Numbered from the whole stretch's first letter, positions 1 through 13,878 are shown. The stretch: 63,132 bases of DNA, filler included, from Octopus bimaculoides (GCF_001194135.2; 8 parts of 7 records of this genome joined end to end with filler, not necessarily neighbours in it); one strand, 5' to 3'. A program made the numbers and translations. The notes: a model not told the origin generated them from the letters alone.

Positions 1-724
1 GTGCAACAAGGTGGAAAAAAGAGTACTCAAATACCAGAGGTAGAGTAATATGCTTTATTTAAAAGCAGCAGAAATATATTTCTGCTGCTTTTAAATAAAG
101 TATATATATATTTATATATATATATATATATATAACATTTGCAGCGTGGAAGGTGTTTATAAGACATTTAAGAAACACACAAAAACCGTTAGATTCACTT
201 CAACATTTAAATTTAATTTGCCAAAAATATCTTCGTCGCCTTGAGACCGCGACCTGTTCACTGACAAAATTCTGTGCTGTGACCTATAAAATAAATAACT
301 GAGGTTCAATTCGCTCTTCGACTAAAATTCCTCAAAGCGGTACTCCAGCATTGCCGCAGTCTAATGACTGAAACAGGAAAAAAGATATATAACACGATGA
401 TGATGATGATGATGATGGTCGTGCTGGTGAGTATGATGTAATTGTATTCGGGAACTGCCCATGTCACAACTGTTTACAACAAGACCGACTGATGACATCA
501 CGACAACTATGACGTCATATTGACAATGATCGGGAGATCTTTTTGGAAAACCGCGATTCCTTGAATATTATGAAGACAATGTTTATTGCAGCAACACCGT
601 CAGCAGCACCGCCACCACCCGCTGCACCGATTGCATCTGTTATAGTAGCTGTCTGATCAGCTGATCAGTTGTCCAACACAACAAAAAATAACCATTATCA
701 ATATTTAACGAGCCTCCTTCTCTC

Positions 725-945
725 TTCCTTTCTCTCTCACGCTACCTCTCTCTCTCTCTTACACTACGTCTCTCTCTCTTACACTACGTCTCTCTCTCTT
801 ACACTACGTCTCTCTCTCTCTTACACTACGTCTCTCTCTCTCTTACACTACGTCTCTCTCTNNNNNNNNNNCTCTCTCTCTCTCTTACACTACGTCTCTC
901 TCTCTTACACTACGTCTCTCTCTCACACTACCTATCTCTCTCTCT
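725..945. repeat. Minisatellite (TC)nTTACACTACG, about 8 units of 20-26 bp
   Basis: Directly visible repeated TTACACTACGTC separated by variable (TC)n. Confidence 0.9.
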
Positions 946-1409
946 CTCTCGCACTCTACCTCTCTCTCACACACACATCCATGTATGCGCACGCATAGAA
1001 TATAACGTAAACAATTCGATAACTTCAAAACAAACTGAAGAGAGATGGGGAGGAAATAGAAAAAAAAAGCATAAGAGTAACAGGTGAGTGACAGAAAGGG
1101 AATGAATAAAGGTGGTGGTGGTGGTGGGGGTGAGGGAGAGAAAGGAAGACGAGAGAGAGAGAGACAGACGGAGGAAGAGAGGAGGAGGAGGAGAAAAAAT
1201 AAAAAAAGAAATTAAAGGAAGAAAAAAGATGAAGAAAAGGAAGAAGAAAAGGAAGAAGAAGAAGAAAAGGAAGAAGAAGAAAGGAAAAAGAAGGAAGGAA
1301 GAAAAAGAAGAAAAGGAAGAAAGAAAAAAGGAAGCGGGAGAGAAATTAGAAGACAAGGAAGAGGAAAGGAGGAAGTTGAAAGAGATCAACAGCAGCAATA
1401 GGGAAACGC

Positions 1410-1503
<94 letters not shown>

Positions 1504-1920
1504 TGGAGAAATATATGGATGCGTATAGATCGGAGCTGTAAGAACTTCTGAATTCAAGGCGATCCACCGATTATAAAATATAAGCAGAGGATGAATGGGA
1601 AAGGGGCGAAGGTCGCGTCAGGAATGAGGTCAGTCGTGTATACTACTTTTGTTGGTGCTGGAAACAGCAAAACCGTAATTGTCCCTTACTGTATAAATTG
1701 TAGGTCCCATGTCACATGGGATCACTGATGGGTTGACACGTGACGTGATTGAATCCCCGGTAATCAACGGCATCAAATAAATCATGACCCTAATTAAGGT
1801 AAGGGTCACAGAACCCTTTCGCACACGCACACACATATGTATACACACACACACACAGATACATAAGCATATATATATATACACACACACGTAGATGTAC
1901 ACACACACACACATAGATGT

Positions 1921-1959
<39 letters not shown>

Positions 1960-2024
1960 CGAACATAGATACATACATATATATACACACACACACACAT
2001 ACACACTGATACATAAACATACGC

Positions 2025-2058
<34 letters not shown>

Positions 2059-2825
2059 ATAATATAAATATATACACACATACAGATTCATATACATGCA
2101 CATCTATACACACACACACAAATACATAAATATACACACACACATATATATACATATAAACACATATACATATACACACATATACATATACACACATATA
2201 CATATATACACACGTATACATACACGTGTGTGTATATATATATTTATATATACACACACATATAAGTATACATGTATATCTATACACACACAAACGCACA
2301 CTCACACACATATAACATATTTATATAACATGATAACATATATTTGCAAATATATTTATGCGACACGTATTGTACATAATATTCTGCCTGTCTGTATATA
2401 GTAAGCCGTAGGTAATTATCTCTATTTCTTTCTAATTATGTCCCTGTAAATAATAAGCTACGTGTAGGAATATGCAGCATTAACAGACTGCAGTGGGTGG
2501 TTTCCTGAAGACTTTTAAAGTCTCGTTGGACGAAAACAAATAATGGCTTGAAAGGACGACAGATCAATAGAACGAAACGTAGCCATTTTCTGTCCCTACT
2601 CAATCGATCTTCAAAGAATATGTTGACGTAAAGGTACTAAAATGAACGAAGGTAGTGGTTAACTATCACACAGGGACACCGTCCCTCGACTGCCGGTCAG
2701 ACATCTCCCAGCGTGATTTAAACAAACAGGAAGACATTTTAAACGCGAAAAGAGAAACACGAGCACGCGAGTGCGGACACACGCACGTAATTTGTATAAA
2801 AGGCAAAAAGAAAAAAGATCGACAC

Positions 2826-3206
2826 AGGAGTGGCTGTGTGGTAAGAAGCTTGCTTCCCAACCACATGGTTCTGAGTTCAGTCCTATTGCCTGTTACTTTG
2901 GACAAGTATCTTCTATAAAGCTTTGTGGGTGGATTTGGTGGACGGAAACTGAAAGAAGCCTGTCGTACATATATATATATATATATGTATATGTATGTGT
3001 GTATTCATATGTGCGTCAGTATTTGTCCCCCCCCCTCCCACGCCATTGCTTGACAACCGATATTGATGTGTTTAGGTCCCCGCAGCTTAGCGGTTTGGCA
3101 AAAGTAACTGATAGAATAAGTACTAGGCTTACAAACAATAAGTCCTGGGGGTCACTTTGTTTGACCAAAGGCGGTGCTCCAGTGAAATAACTTAAACAGG
3201 TAAAAG
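2826..3206 (+). mobile_element. SINE family A (tRNA-like head, CORE-like box, internal microsatellite, conserved tail)
   Basis: Head GGCTGTGTGGTAAG...GGTTCxGxGTTCAGTCC (A/B boxes). Body ends GGAAACTGAAAGAAGCCCGTCG, followed by (TA)/(TG)n, then tail TTTGTCCCC...GAATAAGTACT...GGCGGTGCTCCAG...GAAACAAGTAAAAG. About 15 copies or fragments in the window. Confidence 0.85.
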
Positions 3207-3359
3207 AACAAACAAATACCAGCAGAAGACAAAAGACAAAATTATTCGGACAAAAGACAAAATTTTGCGAGATCATTTGTACAGAAAGTTCGGTTGGAAT
3301 TGGGGGAATGTGAGAGTATGGTTTCGCCTTTATCAAAGAGAGAGAAAACAAAACATTGA

Positions 3360-4133
3360 CAACGCTCAGACATTAAAAGGACACCGGAATTTATACAACA
3401 TGCTCAAAACATCATCAATGAAATGAAAACTCCAGAAAAACTTCGGGTATCAGGGTGGACTATGAGAACTGTGGTACATCATGACATTCGATCCAAGTTC
3501 TATGTTATGAGGAAAGGCTAATTCGTGTTTGCAAAGACAGAGGAAAAACGCCTTATCCGGTCAAAACGGTTAATTAACAAAGTGAAAAACGCTCATGAAC
3601 AAGGCATGCCTTGGTTTTTCTTGGACGAATAAAACTTTGACCAGGATCAAAAGTCTAACAGAAGAAATGAAAGATGGTTATGTACAGATCCTTCTGAAGT
3701 ACCCAGAGTGATGCACACGAAGTTTCCAGCAACTGTGATGGATTTAGGAGTGGTGAGTAGCGAAGGTCATGTGATGCCTCCCTCACTATTTTCTACAGGG
3801 TTAATGCTGCTGGATACATTGAGGTACTGGAAACTGTTATCAAGCCCTGGATTGATGAAGTACGCAATGGAAGGTCATATGTGTTTCAACAAGATTCAGC
3901 ACCTTTTCACAAAGCCCTAGTCACCCAGGAATGGTTTTCTTTACGATTATGTAGCACTCAGTATGTGGCCTCCGAACTCGCCAGATTTGAATCCCATGGA
4001 GTACTACGTGTGGAACACTGTTGAAAGGAAGACTAATCCTCAGAATACAATAGCTTTGCTGAAGGCCGCCATTGTCCAGGTGATGTCCGAAATGAATAAG
4101 GACCATATAGTGTCAGAATGCCAGCGGTTTCGG
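3360..4133 (+). mobile_element. Degenerate Tc1/mariner-superfamily transposase, maT (DD37D)-like
   Basis: Motifs WFFLDE* (3612-3632), MHTKFPATVMxLGVVSSEG, YVFQQDSAP (3893 = second D) and WPPNSPDLNPMEYYVW (3966 onward). Has stops and frameshifts and ends at a gap. Confidence 0.88.
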
Positions 4134-4143
4134 NNNNNNNNNN

Positions 4144-4200
<57 letters not shown>

Positions 4201-4205
<5 letters not shown>

Positions 4206-4368
4206 CGGGCTTCTTTCGCTTTCCGTCTACCAAGTCCACTCATAAGGCTTTGGCCAGTCTTAGAACAGAGTAAAAGACATTTGCCCAATATTCCAGGCAG
4301 TGGGACTGAACCCGGAACCATTTGGTTGAGAAGCAAACTTGTTAACCACACAGCCACGTTCGTGCCTA
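4201..4368 (-). mobile_element. SINE family A, head half
   Basis: Reverse complement of the family A head and body, followed by (AC)n. Confidence 0.8.
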
Positions 4369-4783
4369 TGATTAAGAAACGCATGAGTGCCTCGACCTCC
4401 TAAATTTCCTCCCATAAAAATCACAGATTTCCCAACCGTACAACGAAGTATTATTACATTCATACAACTTCGGTGTTGTTGTCGTTGTTAAGTAGGATAA
4501 TGGCTACAAATGTGTAAGTCATGTAATTTCTATAGAAGGAAGTCAATGTATGCCGCCGCCAACAACTGATGCAGTGTATTCCAAAACTAGAATTTCGTTT
4601 TTCGCTTCGTTTGACAAGAGTTATGGCAATAAAGTGAAAATATTTGCCGAGGAAAGAAAAGAAGAAAAAAAAAAAGAAAATATTGGAAAAAAAAAAAAAA
4701 ATTGAAAGACAAAGAAAGGGAAAAGGCAGCAAAAAATAATCTGGACAAGTAACAGAGTCGATATTCTTCTTCCAGGTGAAGTG

Positions 4784-4840
<57 letters not shown>

Positions 4841-6960
4841 TAATCTATGGGGGGGGGGAGAGTTAAGAAGATATGTTAAATTGTCTAGGTGTGAATAACG
4901 AAGGGAGATAATACATGGTTCTGCTAGAGAAAATAATGTTATAGAGAACAAATTTTTCTCCTTTTTTTTTTTTGGCTCTCAATATGGCAATTTCTTTAGG
5001 TGTTTGTTCAGGAAACTCTGCCAGTGTGAATGATATAACGAGCAGTAAAATCAAATTAAGACACAGTTTACTTGCCAATGATCTACTCTCTACATGGTCA
5101 CTAAATATGCTAGAAATAGTAGCCACATCTCTAAGCAGCCCGAGCTTGAAAATTTTTTCACAGAAGGTAAAATAGTATCGTAAAAAGTAGCCTGAAGTAC
5201 GCAATACATAAAGGGCGGAATGGTCACGACGAATCAATGGCGTAGTTCAATGAGTTTTAACACATGTCGTCTAAGGGAAGAATTTTCTTCGGCACTTGAA
5301 GGTTTGTCCACATCTGAGTGTGCTGAACCGTGTTAAATGTGACGTTACACGATTATATTTTATTCAACGCTGCTTCGTACGAATACGTTTCTTTAATTCT
5401 AGTTTGACAAATCTTTACGCAAATTAGCGTTCTAATAATATTCTAATAATATAAGATCCAGTTCGTCCTTTTCCGGCTGTAAAACTTTATAACTCATGCC
5501 GGGAAAGAACGCTGACGCACATGACTCCCCCGATCCAGTGACGTCATTCACAATCGAAGGTGCTTTCACATACGTCGTCTAAGAGGAGAAATTTCTCTCG
5601 GGATTATTTCCGCAGTGGAAAAGCTTACCACGTCCGAGTGCGCTCAAGCGGGTTAATTATGATTTCTCCCTCTCACTCACACACACACACACACATACAT
5701 TTAATAAAGGGTGTGTTGTCGGTGTCAATTTCCTAACATATTAATCAGAGTAACATTAAGCTCCCAAACCTTTTTTCAGACGGCAGAATGCCGAAGCTAT
5801 ATAAATATATCACTGCAATTACTGAATGTCAAGGTCATACACGCTGGTCACTGTATTGTACAAAAGGGTCAAGGTCACACAATTATTGACTGTTAAAAAT
5901 CGCTGTAGATCCTGAATGTCGAGGCTATACATATACATATCCGGACGGTTTCCGTATAAATACGCTAAAAAAGTGTACCTTGAAAAATATCGAACTTTTA
6001 TAAATTTATTTATTGGCCTTTTAGGGTTTCTTATTTTGTCTTTGTTTTTTATTTTGTTTGTTTATTCTGACTCTGGTTAATTCGTCATAACAGAAATGCC
6101 TATAAAAGGTAATGGTAGCAGAAACAAGAACAACGCATGGCAGTCAAATTAAGAACAAGAACAAAAAATAGAACATTCGTGAATAAATTTTTTAAGATTA
6201 TAAAAAATTAGAAACTGGGGGGAGTGGGGAAAGGAAGACAAGAAAAACACAAAACTAAAATTGTAAGATTAAGGAAGAAGTGAGAAAAAACAAAATGGTG
6301 GAACATTGGTTGACAAGGACGTCATTTTTAGCAATATTTCAATGGTTGCCACTTGTAACAACAACAGTTTTACCATTCATCACCGATGCCAACACACACT
6401 GCTAATATATACACACACATATATATACAAATAAGAACAGACACAGAAAACATACACTCGTACACATACAGATACAAAGAGCCATACACACACACACACA
6501 CACATACATACATACAGAGTAATACATAGAAAAGTTATTTATTGTGCAAGGAAAAAGTTCGTTCCAGAATGTTCGTTCCAGAGGGATGTATGTATAAACG
6601 AACATCTGAAATACTTCAAATGTGATTATACTATTTTGGTCTGTCCCTTCTTTTTTCCTTTCCTTTCTTTAAGCATTTATTTGTTTATTTTAGAATCTAT
6701 GTAAGCGCATATGGAAGCATTCATCTCTCTCTGGGTCTCCGACTCTCCCTCTGTCTCTCACGCGCATACCTTCATATACATAAATACATACACACATACA
6801 CACGCATACATAAATACACACAAACATGCATACATACATACATACATATAAATGTTCACATACACACACACACATACTTAGCTGTAGACGTATGTACTAC
6901 GCTCTCTCTCTGTGTCTTTCTCTCTCTCTCTCTCTGCTTTTCCCTCTCTCTCTCTCTCAG

Positions 6961-7007
<47 letters not shown>

Positions 7008-7514
7008 ATATATATATAATTCACACGCATTACATAAATACATAAATACATCTATATGTATTACATGCATATGTCTGTATGTATGTGTGTGTGTGTGAGT
7101 GTGTATCTGTGTGTGTGTGTGTGTGTGTGTATGTTAAGATAGTGAAAGTGGATACAAAGCAAAACGAATGGGTGAAGAGCGAAGGATGAGGTGCTGCAGA
7201 CCTGCAGACTGGCAGACAGACCGACAGATCTAGACGGATCAAGGGTAAAGAGAAAGAAAAGGCTTTATAACAATGAAAAAAAAAATGAGTGGCAGAGACA
7301 GAGAGAGAAGTGGGAGGGACGGAAAGTGGGAGGAATGATGACTTAATAATATTTCTGTATAAAGCAGCCATGTTGATTATGAGTAAGATTCTGGTTGTGA
7401 AAGTTAGAAACAATACGTTTGTTGTTTCTAATTCGTAAGTTCTACTCCAGCTTTTGAAGTGTTATTGATGTCGGCAGAGAGAAGTACGTGTGCAACGTAC
7501 ACACACATGCATGT

Positions 7515-7571
<57 letters not shown>

Positions 7572-8226
7572 CGAGGGAATAAACAAAGATGGCGTGGGCA
7601 GTGAACCAGTAGACATACTTATACACACAAAAAGATAGATGTTCTTTCAACGAGAGTGTTGGTGGTGGTGGTGGGATGGCGGCCAAGGGCCGTGGGGTAG
7701 ATATAATTTCCTAGCAAATCGAGTTCGTGACATGCTTTCTGCCCCTCCCGTGCCAGTTTCCAATTCCTCACAAATACCCTAACAGTCAAAGAAAAGAAAA
7801 AAACAAAAAAAGAAACGAAAAACAAATCAAAATGTCTGAAACATTAGCATGTCTCGCGAGGCATCTGCTGCTTGTCGATGTAATCGTCGTTAATTATCTG
7901 TTTGTTGTCCTGGGCAACTTTTGAACAAGCATGTCCAAATGAAACACTAACAGGCATTGAATATATGCTGCCACACACACACACACACACGAACGGACGG
8001 ACACACACGCACACAGAGATACTCACAAACACACACAAATCCCACGCAAGATATGTATTTGCAGATGTTCGCTTAGAGACACGCATACCGCAATATATTC
8101 ATGCTAAAGATTTCATACAGTGACAGGTCTAATACATACATGCATCATATATACACATAAATACATACACACGTTATACATATATATGCCAACTTACATA
8201 TATAACTTATGTACATATATTAATGT

Positions 8227-8260
<34 letters not shown>

Positions 8261-10088
8261 NNNNNNNNNNNNNNNNNNNNNNNNNNNNNNNNNNNNNNNN
8301 NNNNNNNNNNNNNNNNNNNNNNNNNNNNNNNNNNNNNNNNNNNNNNNNNNNNNNNNNNNNNNNNNNNNNNNNNNNNNNNNNNNNNNNNNNNNNNNNNNNN
8401 NNNNNNNNNNNNNNNNNNNNNNNNNNNNNNNNNNNNNNNNNNNNNNNNNNNNNNNNNNNNNNNNNNNNNNNNNNNNNNNNNNNNNNNNNNNNNNNNNNNN
8501 NNNNNNNNNNNNNNNNNNNNNNNNNNNNNNNNNNNNNNNNNNNNNNNNNNNNNNNNNNNNNNNNNNNNNNNNNNNNNNNNNNNNNNNNNNNNNNNNNNNN
8601 NNNNNNNNNNNNNNNNNNNNNNNNNNNNNNNNNNNNNNNNNNNNNNNNNNNNNNNNNNNNNNNNNNNNNNNNNNNNNNNNNNNNNNNNNNNNNNNNNNNN
8701 NNNNNNNNNNNNNNNNNNNNNNNNNNNNNNNNNNNNNNNNNNNNNNNNNNNNNNNNNNNNNNNNNNNNNNNNNNNNNNNNNNNNNNNNNNNNNNNNNNNN
8801 NNNNNNNNNNNNNNNNATATATATATATATATATATATAAATATATAAACCTATATATATATATATATAAATATATAAACCTATATATATATATATAAAT
8901 ATATAAAACTATATATGTGTGTGTGTATATATATATAAACACACACATACGTTTATGCATAAGTATTTGTATTATGCTGGAAAATATCTTCTGGTTTTGC
9001 TTGATATGAAATTGGTGTACATGGCTGCGATGGAGTTCAAAATAGATTAGGATTGAAAGAAAAGAAAAGAAAAATAATAAACATGAGAGAAATGAAATAA
9101 AAAAATAATAAAGAAATTACCGTAAAGTAAATTATAAGACAGAAATGAAATTAGTGAAAAGATGGTATCAGAGTATGGCAAAGTAAATAAGTAGAAATCT
9201 GGCTGATAAAGTGTAGCTATTGAAGGAGGACGAACGCTGAAACATGGTCGCCTACATGTGCAGCCATTGTTACACTAACTAATACAGTGTCTGCAATAGG
9301 AAACCCCCGTTACGTTTACAATAATAAATATTTTACGAAAGGTACATCAGCCATATTGTGTCGATGTAAGCAGAACTCATATACGTTTTCATCACTCTCT
9401 CCCCACTCTCTGCCCCCCTCTCTCTCTCTCTGCCTCTCTCCTCTTCTCTCCAAGATCCTCCGCTGAACACTCTCCCACCACGTAACGATTCCCAGTAGAC
9501 TACATGCCATATGACTTGAACATTTGTAGAAACTGAAGACGTAAGCTGATAGACTGAGAGTTCTTTCGACAATCACCAAATACACACACACACACACACA
9601 CTCTCTCTCTCGCGCGCATAGGTGGCAACATGCTCACACTATACCTATATTTCGCAGCCGATTCTTTTATATAAATATCCATTCATTTCCGTTTTGCTAA
9701 CTTTTATCAACTATACTGCTTGTAACACTAGGTTTGATAGCAATCTCTCTTCCCCCATCAACGTACTTGTATGCTCCCTTATTGTTATCTGCTACCAGAC
9801 ATTCGTCAACAGCACTGTCATTTATTCCTTAATGTTCCATGGAACGATATAAATATACTGGGCATTCTTAGAATACACTTCATAATGATGTATACTAAAG
9901 AATTTCTCTTGCTTTTCATTTTATTCCGGCAGGTAACACGCTGTTTGCTAAGAGTACCTTTAAAAATTACTTCAACTTACTTAAACCTATAAATTTCACC
10001 AATATGTCTACAGGTTCAACCATCCTCTTTTTCGGACTTAGCCATTCATCCAACCAACCGTCTGATTACCAGCTTTCCAGTATGTGGC

Positions 10089-10120
<32 letters not shown>

Positions 10121-10327
10121 TCTGTGATTCTCCAGACACTCTGTAACTTGATGCCGTCATCTTAGAACTATTTTCCGATTAATTTATTTGTTTTACTTTT
10201 ATTTTATGTGACTTTCTTCTGTTAAAATGCGAATCGATTTTGTCTGGAAGTGGTAAGCGCAATTTAAATTGTCAGTTAACGTCACTATTTCATGCAATGT
10301 CCGTGGGAATACAGGAATACACACACA

Positions 10328-10365
<38 letters not shown>

Positions 10366-10584
10366 NNNNNNNNNNTACTGCCCAGGTGTCGAAACCATAA
10401 TGATATCCGTGGGGCAACTGATGATGGAGAGATGCTGGATTGTTGGTATGGCTGTTTTTGTATATGTGGAGTAGTGTTATATATATGCTATTTATTAAAG
10501 CCGAAAACATTTTCACTAATTATTACTCAGAGTCCCATGTCACCGTCCGCCGGACAGTTGAGATATTATACATACATACATGCT

Positions 10585-10924
10585 GAGACCCCCTTCGGTC
10601 ATCACTGACCATGGGACTGCACTAAGAAAGTTACCCTTCCAGGCACAAGTCCGGGCAAGGTTGTTTTTATGGAAGACCAGCAGTCGCCCACGAATACCGG
10701 TCTCCCCTCTCCATGCCACTGATGTTATCCATGGGAAAGGCAAAGGGGCCGATACAGCTTGGCACCTGTGACGTCGCAGCTCATTTCTACAGCTGAGTGA
10801 ACAGGAGCAACGTGAAATAAAGTATCTTGCTCAAGAACACAACACGTAGCCCGGTCCAGGATTCGAACTTACAACCTCACGATCGTAAGTTCGACGCTCT
10901 AACCACTGAGCCATGCGCCTTCAC
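10585..10924 (-). mobile_element. SINE family B (tRNA-derived)
   Basis: Minus-strand head GGCGCATG-GCTC-AGTGGTTA-GAGC (D arm)...GTTCGAATCC (T loop), then GTGTTCTTGAGCAAG...GGTGCCAAGCTGTATCGG...CGAAGGGGGTC. Confidence 0.87.
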
Positions 10925-11269
10925 CTTTTAGTCGAGCAAATCGACCCCAGGACTTATTCTTTGTAAGCCTTGTACTTATTCTATCGGTCACTTTTTGCCG
11001 AACCGCTACGTTACGGGGACGTAAACACACCAGCATCGCATCGCATGTCAAATGATGTTGGAGGGGGGAACAAATAAGGACACACACATATATATATACA
11101 TATATACGACGGGCTTCTCTCAGTTTCCGTCTACCAAATCCACTCACAAGGCTTTGGTTGACCCGGGGCTATTGTAGAAGACACTTACACAATGTGTCAC
11201 GCAGTGGGACTGAACCTGGAACCATGGGGTTGGTAAACAAGCTATTTACCACACAGCCACTCCTGCGCC
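10925..11269 (-). mobile_element. SINE family A
   Basis: Head, (TA/CA) spacer and tail, all on the minus strand. Confidence 0.85.
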
Positions 11270-11305
<36 letters not shown>

Positions 11306-11521
11306 CACGCATGCATATATATACTCACACATATATGTATACATGTGTATGTGTTTATCTTAAGTGTCTTTTTGTTGTCAGTTTTTCTACCTAATAAAAC
11401 AAAAAATCCGAAGAGTCCCACTCAATTATATCAGCTAATTGACAGATCATTGAGGCAAGATTCGGCAGATAACACAAAGCAAATCAATAGAATTCCGTTC
11501 TACAACATGATAATCGATAAT

Positions 11522-11563
<42 letters not shown>

Positions 11564-12048
11564 TGGGTAGAGTAAAAGTTCGAAGGTGAAGGTCACGAGA
11601 AAGGTTTCTAAACAGCAATAGTTAAAGCCAGGTTGAAGTGAATTAGAAGCTAGCTTTCGGGGGGAATTAACTGGTTCTTCAGATGGCGGTAACGGATGAA
11701 AGCTTTCTTATTCTCCTTTGTTGGTCTTCTGTTTTATCTCCTTTCACAATTCAACTCCACAAAGCTTCTGGCGTTATTAGAGTTTCGATTACTTTACTTC
11801 TTCTTTTTCCTTCGCCTCCCATCATTCATATTTTTGCTATCAAATAATCAGAGAAGTTAGTTGAGGCCAATAGATGAGGTAGTGAAGCGTGTAGATGAGA
11901 AAAGCAACTCAAAATCATATTTTTCGCCTAATATTACTTCACAGCTTTCATCTTTTTCCTTGTCTACCGATAAGATGAAGGTAAACTGCCGTGAACAGAG
12001 CCTATTGAGTGAAATAACTCAAGCCTATAGTTTTTAAACACACACACG

Positions 12049-12089
<41 letters not shown>

Positions 12090-12309
12090 GGTATATTGCA
12101 TTCAAAGGAAAGTAAACATGAAGGACGAAATATGGAGAAAGGGGGAGAGTAAATGCGAATTTCTTTCTTAGAAGCCAGACGGACAATTGTTGAAAGAAAA
12201 GGATATAGGGTTGATTAAATCAATTAAATACGCGTATTACTGGTATTTTATTTATCAACACTGGGTGGAGCAGACACAGGTGGCACTTCAAATCAGAAAT
12301 TAGAGAAAG

Positions 12310-12409
12310 NNNNNNNNNNNNNNNNNNNNNNNNNNNNNNNNNNNNNNNNNNNNTTAATTAATTAANNNNNNNNNNNNNNNNNNNNNNNNNNNNNNNNNNN
12401 NNNNNNNNN
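12310..12409. other. Artificial 100-bp spacer (44N-TTAATTAATTAA-44N); also at 20879, 27124, 36798, 42782, 52003 and 61344
   Basis: Seven copies with identical N counts. TTAATTAATTAA gives stop codons in all six frames. Confidence 0.97.
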
Positions 12410-12444
<35 letters not shown>

Positions 12445-12994
12445 GTATATATATATATCTGTATTACTTTTATGTATGTGTATATTTAAAGAGTAGAAGA
12501 GATTAAATGAAGAAGAATTCATACAAGGAATACGAGAATGAAAAAAAAAAAGATGAAAGGGGAGTGAAAAGGAAGAAGAAAAGAAGAAAAAAAAAGCAAG
12601 GAACTGACGAATGGATGAAAGGAAGAATATGTATAAAAGAGATGGAATAGAGAAGAAAATGGTAATAGAAAGAAATTAAAGATAAAAACAAAAAGAAAAA
12701 CAAAAAGGAAAAAAAAGAAATAAAGAAAGGAAGAAAGAAAGGAAGAAAGAAAGGAAGAAAGAAAGAAAGAAAGAAAGAAAATAAAGGAAGAAATCAATGA
12801 AAGGAGGGAAGATGGCGTTGGCGATGGAGAAGTAGATTCATTTCGGAAGGTGTTAACATCAGTGTTGAATTCGAACTTCTGCTTTAATCAATATTCTACA
12901 ATATTAAAATACACTCAGTGNNNNNNNNNNATATATAGTTAAACGAAAAATAAAAAAAAGAAAGAAGGCATAATTATCTTTAATAAAAAAGCAT

Positions 12995-13008
12995 TAATAC
13001 TAATAATG

Positions 13009-13056
<48 letters not shown>

Positions 13057-13249
13057 GTAAAAATTAAACGTATTAACAATAATATAACTATTGCTACCAT
13101 TACTACTACTACTACTACCTGTTAAAAAAACTATCATCGTCATCAACTCATCATAATCATCCTAATCATCACATTCATTATCATAATCATCACCATCATC
13201 ATCTTCATCATCATCGTCATCATCATCGTCGTCATCATCATGGTCGTCG

Positions 13250-13288
<39 letters not shown>

Positions 13289-13319
13289 CCGCCATCACCA
13301 GAATCATCATCTTCTTCTT

Positions 13320-13387
<68 letters not shown>

Positions 13388-13501
13388 TTTCATCATCCTC
13401 TTTCTCTTTCTTTCTCTTCATCTTTAACGCAAACCACAAAACAAATTGTAAACCTGCTTGTAATGTCCCCTCATTGATGCCCCTGTGGCACATTTTTTAA
13501 A

Positions 13502-13539
<38 letters not shown>

Positions 13540-13604
13540 CCTCATCATCATCATTATTATTATCGCTATTATTCTCATTATTATTATTATTGTTATTGTT
13601 GTTG

Positions 13605-13650
<46 letters not shown>

Positions 13651-13825
13651 TGTTATCATTATTATTATTATTATTACTATAATTATTATTATTGTTATTA
13701 TTATTTGCATCGTCTGTAAAGAGTACATACAGGTCAATGAAAGATTCCATTGCAACAACAAGCTGAACCAAAATTGACAACACATCCTGTTGGGAGATGA
13801 AAGGAACCAAAACACACAAACATAA

Positions 13826-13878
<53 letters not shown>

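Noticed and set aside
669-2401. Long ORFs rich in SL, ER, KK, CV, YI and HT repeats (and dozens like them across the window)
   Set aside because: They are translations of (TC)n, (GA)n, (CA)n, (TA)n and trinucleotide microsatellites.
8120-8960. ORFs of 200-350 aa spanning N runs (also at 15737, 16920, 26273, 46623, 47264, 49863 and 59586)
   Set aside because: Their length comes from untranslatable gap characters.
10845-10924. tRNA-like sequences (also at 38600-38674, 41200-41270 and 2830-2885)
   Set aside because: A/B boxes and D arms are present, but acceptor stems do not close and each continues into a multi-copy body. They are SINE heads, not tRNA genes.
12354-12365. TTAATTAATTAA recurring seven times as a possible biological motif
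   Set aside because: Always centred in exactly 44+44 N, so it is a synthetic spacer.
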